Assembly: GCA_037442505.1 (NCBI GenBank)
Contig: JBBIPZ010000011.1
Coordinates: forward strand, 1,500 to 65,499
DNA length: 64,000 nt
Direction: 5' to 3'
Origin: Deltaproteobacteria bacterium
GTDB lineage: Bacteria > CALINM01
Part shown: one piece after another, positions 49,015-57,423 of the stretch
How the letters are laid out: each line of letters opens with the position of its first letter
Position numbering within the stretch: the first letter of the stretch is position 1
Notes under the pieces: model-generated
What the model saw: the letters and a program-made list of their open reading frames with translations, nothing else
What the model was told of the DNA's origin: nothing
Database searches by the model: none
Position numbers and translations under genes: made by a program

Positions 49015-49559
49015 TGTTAAAAGAGCTGACTAAACTGATAAAAGACATTGCTTATGAACGTAAAAAAGTAGTTCTTGCTTCAGGAAAAGAGAGTGATTTT
49101 TATGTTGATTTAAGAAATATAACCTTACATCCGAGAGGTCTTTCAATAGTATCAAATCTTCTTTTTGAACAGATAACATCTAAATTTCCTAACGTAAAGG
49201 CAGTTGGTGGTCCAACATTAGGTGCAGATCCGATCACTGCTGGTATATGTGTAATAAGCGAACAGAAAGGTCAACCTTTATATGGCTTCATCATCAGAAA
49301 AGAGCCCAAAAAACATGGACTATCAAAGATGATAGAAGGCGATAAAAACCTACCTCATAACTGTCCTGTGGTAATAGTAGAAGACGTTGTTACCAGTGGA
49401 TCGTCGTCATACAAGGCTTATAATATTGCAAAAGAAGCAAGCTTAAACGTTTTAGGGATTGCAGCTATTCTTGACAGAGAAGAAGGTGCAACGGAATTTT
49501 TTAAAAGTAATAACATAAGTTTCTTTTCATTACTGAAAAAAAGTGATATTTTAGGGTAA
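49011..49559 (+). CDS. pyrE: Orotate phosphoribosyltransferase
   Basis: LASGKESDFYVD, GADPI, RKEPKKHG, VEDVVTSG. Confidence 0.93.
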   Translation: MMLKELTKLIKDIAYERKKVVLASGKESDFYVDLRNITLHPRGLSIVSNLLFEQITSKFPNVKAVGGPTLGADPITAGICVISEQKGQPLYGFIIRKEPKKHGLSKMIEGDKNLPHNCPVVIVEDVVTSGSSSYKAYNIAKEASLNVLGIAAILDREEGATEFFKSNNISFFSLLKKSDILG

Positions 49560-49562
49560 CTT

Positions 49563-50186
49563 ATGATTAAAAAGCTTGCCTTAATCCTATCTTTGACTTT
49601 TATACTCGTTTGTTGTCAGACTGCTTCTATAAAAAAGCAGTTAGTAGAATTAGGCGCAATACCATCAGAACATACTTCTGAATACCTAAACGTTTATAAA
49701 AAATACACATTAACTCAAAAAATTTATGAGGAATTTGAAACCAAATGTATCATCAGTGTGACATCTTTTACAAAAGAGTTCGTTAACGCATATCTGAAAG
49801 AGAGGATGGATTTTCTTAAAGAAACTGATTTTCTCGTATTACAGGACAGAGAAAAACAAATAAACGAGAAAAACATCAAATTCTTTGTTAGTTTTTATAC
49901 TCCAAATCCAGAATTTACTGATTTAGAAAAAGCCAACTCGATATGGCAGGTTTACATAGAAAGGCAAGACAAAACAAGATTGCTACCTCTCGCTATAAGG
50001 AAAAATACTGAACCTTACCCTGTAATTAATCATTTTTTCCCTTCACTTGATCCATGGTCAACTCCTTATATTCTCATTTTTCAAAGGTACAAAGATGACA
50101 ATCTTAACCTGAAAGATGGCGAAGAGTTTAAATTGGTATTCAAAAGTGTTATTGGAACAACTTACTTTAATCTAAAAAACATATAG
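49563..50186 (+). CDS. Hypothetical putative lipoprotein
   Basis: Basic N-terminus, hydrophobic stretch and Cys (FILVCC); 207 aa inside the pur run; no motif recognised. Confidence 0.7.
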   Translation: MIKKLALILSLTFILVCCQTASIKKQLVELGAIPSEHTSEYLNVYKKYTLTQKIYEEFETKCIISVTSFTKEFVNAYLKERMDFLKETDFLVLQDREKQINEKNIKFFVSFYTPNPEFTDLEKANSIWQVYIERQDKTRLLPLAIRKNTEPYPVINHFFPSLDPWSTPYILIFQRYKDDNLNLKDGEEFKLVFKSVIGTTYFNLKNI

Positions 50187-50210
50187 CAACATTGAAGGAG
50201 TATAATCTAT

Positions 50211-51245
50211 ATGGGAATCACTTACAAAGACGCTGGAGTAAATATTGACGAAGGAAACGAGACTGTTAACAGAATAAAACCTTTGGCTAAAGCAACCTTT
50301 AGACCTGAGGTTTTATCTGACATAGGAAGTTTTTCTGCATTTTTTAGTTTAAATACCAAGAAGTATAATGAACCGGTGCTTGTTTCGTCAACAGACGGTG
50401 TAGGGACCAAACTAAAAATTGCTTTTGATAGTGGAATTCATCACACTGTTGGTATAGATCTTGTTGCAATGGTAGTTAATGACATTATTGTGAGTGGTGC
50501 AGAGCCTTTGTTTTTTCTTGATTACTTTGCATGTGGAAAACTAAACGCTTCCGTTACTGAACAGGTAGTAAAAGGTATATCTGAAGGTTGTAAAGAGGCA
50601 AACTGTTCTTTAATTGGTGGTGAAACTGCCGAATTGCCTGGGTTTTATAATGAAAATGAGTACGATTTAGCTGGATTTGGAGTGGGCGTAGTTGATAAGG
50701 AAAAAATTATCGACGGAAGTCATATCACAATCGGCGACGTAATTATCGGAATAGAATCGTCAGGCCTTCACAGTAATGGTTACTCACTCGTTAGAAAAGT
50801 TTTTTTTGACAGACATAAATATAAATTAGACTCATACATTGATGACTTAGGAAAAACGCTTAGAGAAGAGCTGTTAACACCAACAAAAATATATGTTAAG
50901 CCAATCTTGAATATATTGAAACATTTTGAAATAAAAGGGATTGCCCATATAACTGGTGGTGGCTTTTTAGAAAATATCCCCCGTGTCATACCATCGCAAA
51001 CTAAAGCTGTCCTTAATCTTTCTAATTTTCAAATGCCTCCTATATTTCAACTTGTAAAAAAATTAGGCGACATAGATGATAAAGAGATGTATAGAACATT
51101 CAATTGTGGAGTTGGATTAACTCTGATAGTTTCAAATGATAATGCAGATGATATAATCTCGCTACTTAACAATATGAAGATCAAATCATCAATAATTGGT
51201 GAAATTAGAAAGCGAGAAGATGAAGCTTCTATCGAAATTTTATAG
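50211..51245 (+). CDS. purM: Phosphoribosylformylglycinamidine cyclo-ligase
   Basis: TYKDAGV, TDGVGTK, GGETAELPG, SGLHSNG, HITGGG, FNCGVG. Confidence 0.98.
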   Translation: MGITYKDAGVNIDEGNETVNRIKPLAKATFRPEVLSDIGSFSAFFSLNTKKYNEPVLVSSTDGVGTKLKIAFDSGIHHTVGIDLVAMVVNDIIVSGAEPLFFLDYFACGKLNASVTEQVVKGISEGCKEANCSLIGGETAELPGFYNENEYDLAGFGVGVVDKEKIIDGSHITIGDVIIGIESSGLHSNGYSLVRKVFFDRHKYKLDSYIDDLGKTLREELLTPTKIYVKPILNILKHFEIKGIAHITGGGFLENIPRVIPSQTKAVLNLSNFQMPPIFQLVKKLGDIDDKEMYRTFNCGVGLTLIVSNDNADDIISLLNNMKIKSSIIGEIRKREDEASIEIL

Positions 51246-51257
51246 GGTATATGACTT

Positions 51258-51917
51258 ATGTCTTTAAATCTTGGCGTATTGGTCTCTGGTAGTGGCTCTA
51301 ATCTACAGGCTATCATCGACAACATTGAAAGTGGCAAGCTTTCATCTAAAATTGCCGTTGTTATATCTAACAATCCTCAGGCATACTCTATAGAAAGAGC
51401 CAAACTACACAAGATACCTTACGAAATCATTGAACACAAAAATTTCCCAACGCGAGAAGAGTTTGATAGAAAGCTTGTTGAAGTGCTAAAGTCATACAAT
51501 GTTGACCTTGTTGTTATGGCTGGCTTTTTAAGAGTGATTACAAAAACACTTCTTGATGCTTTTCCTATGAGAATAATGAATATCCACCCTGCCTTGCTTC
51601 CTGCCTTTCCTGGTTTGCATGTTCAAAAAAAGGCTCTTGAATATGGTTGTAAATTTGCTGGCTGTACCGTTCATTTTGCAGATGAAGGTGTAGATTCTGG
51701 ACCTATAATAATCCAGGGCGTTGTGCCCATCTTAGACGATGATACAGAAGATACTCTTTCAAAACGTATTCTCTCTGTAGAACATAAAATTTACTCTACA
51801 GCAATTAAACTATACGAAGAAAACAGAATTAGCATTGTTGGCAGAAGGGTTATAATAAATCCGGCACTGTCACCTGACGAAAAAAACTTTCTGACTAATC
51901 CTCTGATATTAGTATAA
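51258..51917 (+). CDS. purN: Phosphoribosylglycinamide formyltransferase
   Basis: VSGSGSNLQAI, MAGFLR, NIHPALLPAFPG, GCTVHF, DSGPII. Confidence 0.98.
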   Translation: MSLNLGVLVSGSGSNLQAIIDNIESGKLSSKIAVVISNNPQAYSIERAKLHKIPYEIIEHKNFPTREEFDRKLVEVLKSYNVDLVVMAGFLRVITKTLLDAFPMRIMNIHPALLPAFPGLHVQKKALEYGCKFAGCTVHFADEGVDSGPIIIQGVVPILDDDTEDTLSKRILSVEHKIYSTAIKLYEENRISIVGRRVIINPALSPDEKNFLTNPLILV

Positions 51918-51931
51918 AAATAAAAAAATCT

Positions 51932-52954
51932 TTAAGGGAATATAGGTGGTAAAAATAGCGCCTCTTCCTCAGGAAAACCGCACATTATGTTCATATTTTG
52001 CACAGCCTGTCCTGAAGCGCCCTTAGTTAAATTATCGATAACAGAGATTGTTACTAATGTTTTTGTTCTTATATCAATTTTAAATCCAATATCACAGTAG
52101 TTACTTCCTACGACGCTTTCTATTGTTGGCAACTCATCTTTAAATAATCTAACAAACTTTTCATCACCATAATAAGCTCTGTAAATATTGAAAATATCTT
52201 CTTCACTCACCAATTCCTTCATCTTCGAGTATGTCGTAGTTAAAATCCCCCTTTTAATGGGAAGTAAGTGAGGGGTAAATAATACAGTAACATTTTTACC
52301 AGATGACGATAGCACTTCTTCTATCTCTGGTTGATGTCTGTGCTTGGTAACATTATAAGCCTTAAAGCCGCCATATACTTCGCAAAAATGTGTTTTTAGA
52401 CTTAATCCCCTGCCCGCACCAGTCACACCTGACTTACTGTCAATAAATATAGTTTCATTATTTATCACTGACTCTTTCAAAAGAGGATACAGGGCTAAAA
52501 TTGCACTTGTTGGATAACACCCCGGATTAGCAACAAGTTTTGTCTCTTTAATTTGATTACGGAAAAGTTCTGGCAACCCATATACTGCCTGTTCAGTTAA
52601 GCTGAAATAAGGATGCTCTCCGTACCAGCTTCGGTAACGTTCATAATCCTTCAGTCTGAAATCAGCGCTCAAATCAATAACTTTTATTCCCGCATCAAGA
52701 AGAGGTTTTACCACTTTATAAGCTTCTTGATGTGGAAGCGCAGTAAATGCAACATCTATATCAACGTTAGTAGTTATCTCAGAACAGGGAATATCTAAAA
52801 TATTTGAATAAGCTGGAAAAACATCAGAAAATCTTTTTCCTACATGCTGATTACTTGAAAGATAAGAAATTTTGATACGAGAATGCCGAACCAGTATCCT
52901 CACCAGTTCGGCACCTGTATAACCTGTTGCTCCAAATATGCCAATTTTAAGCAA
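51932..52954 (-). CDS. argC: N-acetyl-gamma-glutamyl-phosphate reductase
   Basis: GATGYTG, DLSADFRL, ANPGCYPT, SGVTGAG, HRHQPE, IDNLTKGASGQAVQN. Confidence 0.97.
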   Translation of the reverse strand: MLKIGIFGATGYTGAELVRILVRHSRIKISYLSSNQHVGKRFSDVFPAYSNILDIPCSEITTNVDIDVAFTALPHQEAYKVVKPLLDAGIKVIDLSADFRLKDYERYRSWYGEHPYFSLTEQAVYGLPELFRNQIKETKLVANPGCYPTSAILALYPLLKESVINNETIFIDSKSGVTGAGRGLSLKTHFCEVYGGFKAYNVTKHRHQPEIEEVLSSSGKNVTVLFTPHLLPIKRGILTTTYSKMKELVSEEDIFNIYRAYYGDEKFVRLFKDELPTIESVVGSNYCDIGFKIDIRTKTLVTISVIDNLTKGASGQAVQNMNIMCGFPEEEALFLPPIFP

Positions 52955-52979
52955 AACTTTTCCCTTCTAAGGCTTTAAA

Positions 52980-53378
52980 TTAACGTTTAGAGAACTGGAA
53001 TCTCTTTCTCGCCTTTGGCCTTCCGTATTTCTTTCTTTCAACTTCTCTCGGGTCTCTTGTTAGATAACCAGCTTTTTTAAGTGATTGTCTTAGCTCCGGG
53101 TTAAAATTTAGCAAAGCTCTCGCAATGCCGTGTCTCAATGCCCCAGCTTGTCCCATTATACCACCACCTGTAAGTGTGGCATAAATATCCAAGGAAGAGG
53201 TAAGGTTAGTCAAAACTAAAGGCTCTTTAACAACCTTCAACGCTGTCGGATATTTAAAATAACTTTCTACAGCAACTTTGTTAACTATTATTTTACCATT
53301 ACCAGATTTTACCCACACCCTTGCTATTGACCTTTTTCTTCTTCCAGTACCATAAAATTTTTTCTCTAACATAGACAT
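52980..53378 (-). CDS. rpsI: 30S ribosomal protein S9
   Basis: YGTGRRK, GGGIMGQAGA, RDPREVERKK, QFSKR. Confidence 0.98.
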   Translation of the reverse strand: MSMLEKKFYGTGRRKRSIARVWVKSGNGKIIVNKVAVESYFKYPTALKVVKEPLVLTNLTSSLDIYATLTGGGIMGQAGALRHGIARALLNFNPELRQSLKKAGYLTRDPREVERKKYGRPKARKRFQFSKR

Positions 53379-53394
53379 CTTAACTCCTTAAATT

Positions 53395-53823
53395 TTATAA
53401 ATTTATCAAAACAGGCTGTTGTGCCGCATGAGGATGTTCACTGGTCATGTAAAGCTTAAGCCTCTTAATTCTGTGGTCCCTTAACTTATTTTTTGGCAAC
53501 ATCCCATAAACAGCCTCCCATAATATCTGGCCGGGCTTCTCAGCCTTTAACTTTTCGGCAGTAGTAGATCTAAAACCTGCAGGATAACCTGTATGCCAAT
53601 AATATGTCTTAGAAACAAGCTTGTTTCCGGTAAGAACAACATCATTTGCATTAATTACTACTACAAAATCTCCACAATCTACAGAAGGTGTAAAGTAAGC
53701 CTTGTGCTTTCCAATTAACAGTCTCGCTATCTCGGTAGCTAATCTGCCCAACGTTTTGCCTTTTGCATCGACAAGATGCCATTTCCTTTCAGTATCTGTC
53801 ATTTTAGGCCAATATGTTCTCAT
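53395..53823 (-). CDS. rplM: 50S ribosomal protein L13
   Basis: WHLVDA, LGRLA, DCGDFVVVIN, HTGYP, GMLPKN. Confidence 0.98.
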   Translation of the reverse strand: MRTYWPKMTDTERKWHLVDAKGKTLGRLATEIARLLIGKHKAYFTPSVDCGDFVVVINANDVVLTGNKLVSKTYYWHTGYPAGFRSTTAEKLKAEKPGQILWEAVYGMLPKNKLRDHRIKRLKLYMTSEHPHAAQQPVLINL

Positions 53824-53860
53824 TTCGAAACACTCCTTCTATTTAAATATTAGATTGTAA

Positions 53861-53890
53861 ATTTTAATCCATTCTGGCATTAATTGTCAA
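53861..53890 (-). promoter_or_regulatory. Sigma70 promoter of rplM-rpsI
   Basis: Minus strand TTGACA-N18-TAAAAT, about 37 nt upstream of the rplM ATG. Confidence 0.65.
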
Positions 53891-53942
53891 TAAGAAAGAA
53901 GGTTTTTTTGACTTTTTTTATAAAAATGTTAAACTTAATGTT

Positions 53943-54230
53943 GTGAAAAATACATTTTTCTTATTTATTTTAGCTATTTTTCTCATGACTGGATGTAAGG
54001 AAAATCCTGTTCAGGAATATGGTTCTACTCTTACTAATGCTGTTAAACAATCACAAAATGTCAGCATAATATCCGAAATTTCAAACATAAAAAAAGCTAT
54101 CAGGGAATTCAGTGAAGAAAAAGGCAGACTGCCACAAAATATTGAAGAAATTGAAAATTTTATGGGGCGAACTATAGATAAACAAAACATCTCTTATGAT
54201 CCTGAAACAGGGGAAGTTACTAAAAAATAA
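53943..54230 (+). CDS. Small putative lipoprotein with a pseudopilin-like C-terminal segment
   Basis: Lipobox FLMTGC; C-terminal IKKAIREFSEEKGRLPQNIEEI...YDPETG; GTG start. Confidence 0.7.
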   Translation: MKNTFFLFILAIFLMTGCKENPVQEYGSTLTNAVKQSQNVSIISEISNIKKAIREFSEEKGRLPQNIEEIENFMGRTIDKQNISYDPETGEVTKK

Positions 54231-56123
54231 TTATTTCCTCAATTTTCTTCCTTCCTGAACTCTAATTGTAAATTTTACACTGTCTAAGTATTCAAGAAAA
54301 GGTATAATATATTTTCTTGACATGCCAAAAAGTTCTCTTACATCTTGCGGTGTCAAAAAAGGTTTTTTTGAGAAAAAATCAATCAACCTGACTTTTGTAG
54401 ACTCTAAAACATCTTTTGTTATAAAATAGCTTTCATTGATTTTGACAATTTTTCCCTGTCTTACCAATGAAACCAGAGCTTCTTTTAATTTTTTTACGTC
54501 AACTTTAAGCTTTTCTGCAATTACTTCTAAATCGTCGGGAATAAGTCCGTAATCTCTATAAATTTGCTCTATCTTAACAAACAATTCATTCGTCTCAGAC
54601 TTATTAGCAAAAGACTTGCTTGCTACAAGCTCACCAATTATAGTAATTAAATTTTCTTCCTGCAGTAACTTTAATACAAATGGAAAAATATTATCACTAC
54701 AACCGACTTTCATAAAAAGCTCATCTTTATTAATACCCATTTTTAAAATATTTTCCTGATGAAACTTAACCAACTGATTGATCGTTGTTTGTTTTATGTG
54801 TTCTATAACACTTTTATGATAATATCTTTTTTTGTCGTCTTTCACAATTATGGATTTACTTTCTAAATCTTTCAACGTCCTAATTATCAGAGAACTATCT
54901 TCTTTTAACAACACTAACAGACTATCAAGGGTTATGCCATTATCTTCATTTTCAAGAGTGAAGATTGTAATTATATCTTCTATATTACCAACACTTAAAT
55001 TTCTTAGATACTCTTCAGTATAATATTCCCTATTAAATGTCGGAATTTTAGGATTAAGTATCCTTCCGCCACCCAGGGTTGTATAAATACCATAACCCCT
55101 TATAACGTACTGATCGCCATAAGATGCCACAACCGATTTATCAAGCCTTACCATTGCGTAAGCCTTTTCTCCAGGCAACAGTTTATCTTTATTTAAAATA
55201 AAAATTTCTGCATTTGTTTTTGAAGTAAAAAGATGAAACTGACATACAAATCTTTGTTTTAATGGTTTTACATTATATGGCAAATAATTTAGCTCTATCA
55301 GAATTCTGTTTGTGGGTTCGAAAGCTTCATTATCAACTACTACCATTCCCCTCTCTAACTCATATCTTTCGACATCACTAAAATTTATAGCTAACCTTTC
55401 CCCCGCAACACCTTCATCAATGTTCTTGCCATGGCTCTGTAAACCTCTAACCCTAAGAAGTAAGCGTTGAGGCAATACATACACTTCCTGACCTCGCTTA
55501 ATAGTCCCAGAAATAGCTGTTCCACGAACGACTGTGCCAAATCCTTTGATCGTTATAACATCATCTATCGGCAGCCTGAAAGGTATCCCGTGGGGTTTTT
55601 CAATCACGTTTTTTGCAATATCATCTAAAACTTTAACAAACTCATCCAAACCATCTCCAGTAAGAGCAGACACCGCAACTATCGGAGCGTCCTTTAAATT
55701 TGTGTCTTTAATGAAATCCTTAATGTCTTCCTTTTGAAGTTCAAGCAGTTCAGCATCTACAAGATCTTTTTTTGTCAATACCACTATGCCATTTTTAATC
55801 CCGAGTATATCACAAATATATAAATGTTCTCTTGTTTGTGGCTTTATCCCTTCGTCTGCTGCAATAACTAAAGCAACCACATCTATACCTGCCGCACCTG
55901 CTACCATTTTACTAACAAACTTCTCATGCCCCGGTACATCAACGATTCCAACCTTTATACCAGATGGCAACATCAAATGAGCATAACCAAGCTCAATAGT
56001 GATACCCCTTTCTTTCTCTTCTTTCAATCTGTCACAATCGATGCCTGTAAGGGCTTTTACAAATGTAGTTTTTCCGTGATCTATATGCCCTGCTGTGCCA
56101 AGAATTATGTTTTTTACAGCCAT
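54231..56123 (-). CDS. selB: Selenocysteine-specific translation elongation factor
   Basis: [40 protein letters not shown]-terminal winged helix [15 protein letters not shown]; 630 aa. Confidence 0.97.
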   Translation of the reverse strand: MAVKNIILGTAGHIDHGKTTFVKALTGIDCDRLKEEKERGITIELGYAHLMLPSGIKVGIVDVPGHEKFVSKMVAGAAGIDVVALVIAADEGIKPQTREHLYICDILGIKNGIVVLTKKDLVDAELLELQKEDIKDFIKDTNLKDAPIVAVSALTGDGLDEFVKVLDDIAKNVIEKPHGIPFRLPIDDVITIKGFGTVVRGTAISGTIKRGQEVYVLPQRLLLRVRGLQSHGKNIDEGVAGERLAINFSDVERYELERGMVVVDNEAFEPTNRILIELNYLPYNVKPLKQRFVCQFHLFTSKTNAEIFILNKDKLLPGEKAYAMVRLDKSVVASYGDQYVIRGYGIYTTLGGGRILNPKIPTFNREYYTEEYLRNLSVGNIEDIITIFTLENEDNGITLDSLLVLLKEDSSLIIRTLKDLESKSIIVKDDKKRYYHKSVIEHIKQTTINQLVKFHQENILKMGINKDELFMKVGCSDNIFPFVLKLLQEENLITIIGELVASKSFANKSETNELFVKIEQIYRDYGLIPDDLEVIAEKLKVDVKKLKEALVSLVRQGKIVKINESYFITKDVLESTKVRLIDFFSKKPFLTPQDVRELFGMSRKYIIPFLEYLDSVKFTIRVQEGRKLRK

Positions 56124-57394
56124 TTTAAGGCCTTCTTTCCTATATCCTTTCTAAAATGCATTTTTTCAAAGTATATTTTTGATACAGCATCATAACCCCG
56201 CTTAATTGCATCGTCAATATTTTCTCCTAAAGCTGTTACGCCAAGCACCCTTCCCCCATCTGTAAAAAATTTATTGTCAACAAGTTTTGTCCCGGCATGA
56301 AACACAACAACATCTTCTATTTCTCTGATAGCTTCTAATCCTTTAATTTCGTAACCTTTACAATATTTGTCAGGATATCCACCAGAAGCCATCACAATAC
56401 AAACAGCTGGTCTTTGATCCCACAAAAGATACTCATTATGTAAATTACCATCCACGCATCCAAGCAAGACAGGAACTATATCACTTTCAATACGCATTAG
56501 AAGCGGTTGTGCTTCAGGATCGCCAAAACGTGTATTAAACTCCAATACTTTCACTTCACCATCTTTTACCATCAATCCTGCATATAAAACACCTGTAAAT
56601 GGGGTGCCTTCTTTTGCCATACCCTCTATTACTGGATAAACAACTTGATTTAAAGCCTTTTCGAACACATCTTGAGTAACAACAGGCGCCGGTGAATATG
56701 CCCCCATACCACCCGTGTTGGGTCCTTCATCATTATCAAACACCCTTTTATGGTCTTGCGAAGAATCCATCGGGATTACTGTTTTTCCATCAGAAAATAC
56801 GAGGAACGAGGCTTCTTCACCTTCAATACATTCCTCTATAACGACTTCTCTGCCGGCTTCGCCAAACACATTTTTTGAGAAAATATTATCTAAAGCTTCC
56901 AAACCTTCTTCAACTGTTCTACAAACATACACACCTTTTCCTGCAGCAAGACCATCAGCTTTTACTACTATTGGAGCGCCTTTAGAAATTATATACTGCT
57001 TTGCCTTGTCGTATTCTGCATTGCTAAACACTTCAAAATCAGCAGTTGGTATGCCATACTTTCTCATAAACTTCTTAGCAAAAACTTTACTACCCTCGAG
57101 AACTGCTGCAGATTTTTTTGGTCCAAACGCCTTTACGTTTAGTTCTTCTAACACATCAACCAATCCAAGATTTAGTGGTGCTTCAGGTCCAACGACAACA
57201 AAATCTATTCCCTTTTCTTTAACAAAATTAACAATGCCTTCAATATCTTCAGCCTTAATCGAGACATTATTTGCGATCAACGCTGTACCACCATTTCCTG
57301 GAGCACAATAAAGCTCTTTAACAAGTATACTTTGTTTTATCTTCCAGCAAAGGGCATGTTCCCTGCCCCCTCCACCTATAACTAATACTTTCAT
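56114..57394 (-). CDS. purD: Phosphoribosylamine--glycine ligase
   Basis: KVLVIGGGGREHA, VGPEAPL, KADGLAAGKGV, QDHKR, GPNTGGMGAY, EFNTRFGDPE; start at MKVLV with GGAGG. Confidence 0.98.
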   Translation of the reverse strand: MKVLVIGGGGREHALCWKIKQSILVKELYCAPGNGGTALIANNVSIKAEDIEGIVNFVKEKGIDFVVVGPEAPLNLGLVDVLEELNVKAFGPKKSAAVLEGSKVFAKKFMRKYGIPTADFEVFSNAEYDKAKQYIISKGAPIVVKADGLAAGKGVYVCRTVEEGLEALDNIFSKNVFGEAGREVVIEECIEGEEASFLVFSDGKTVIPMDSSQDHKRVFDNDEGPNTGGMGAYSPAPVVTQDVFEKALNQVVYPVIEGMAKEGTPFTGVLYAGLMVKDGEVKVLEFNTRFGDPEAQPLLMRIESDIVPVLLGCVDGNLHNEYLLWDQRPAVCIVMASGGYPDKYCKGYEIKGLEAIREIEDVVVFHAGTKLVDNKFFTDGGRVLGVTALGENIDDAIKRGYDAVSKIYFEKMHFRKDIGKKALKWL

Positions 57395-57423
57395 AGCTTC
57401 CTCCAAATATTTATCTCTTTATT

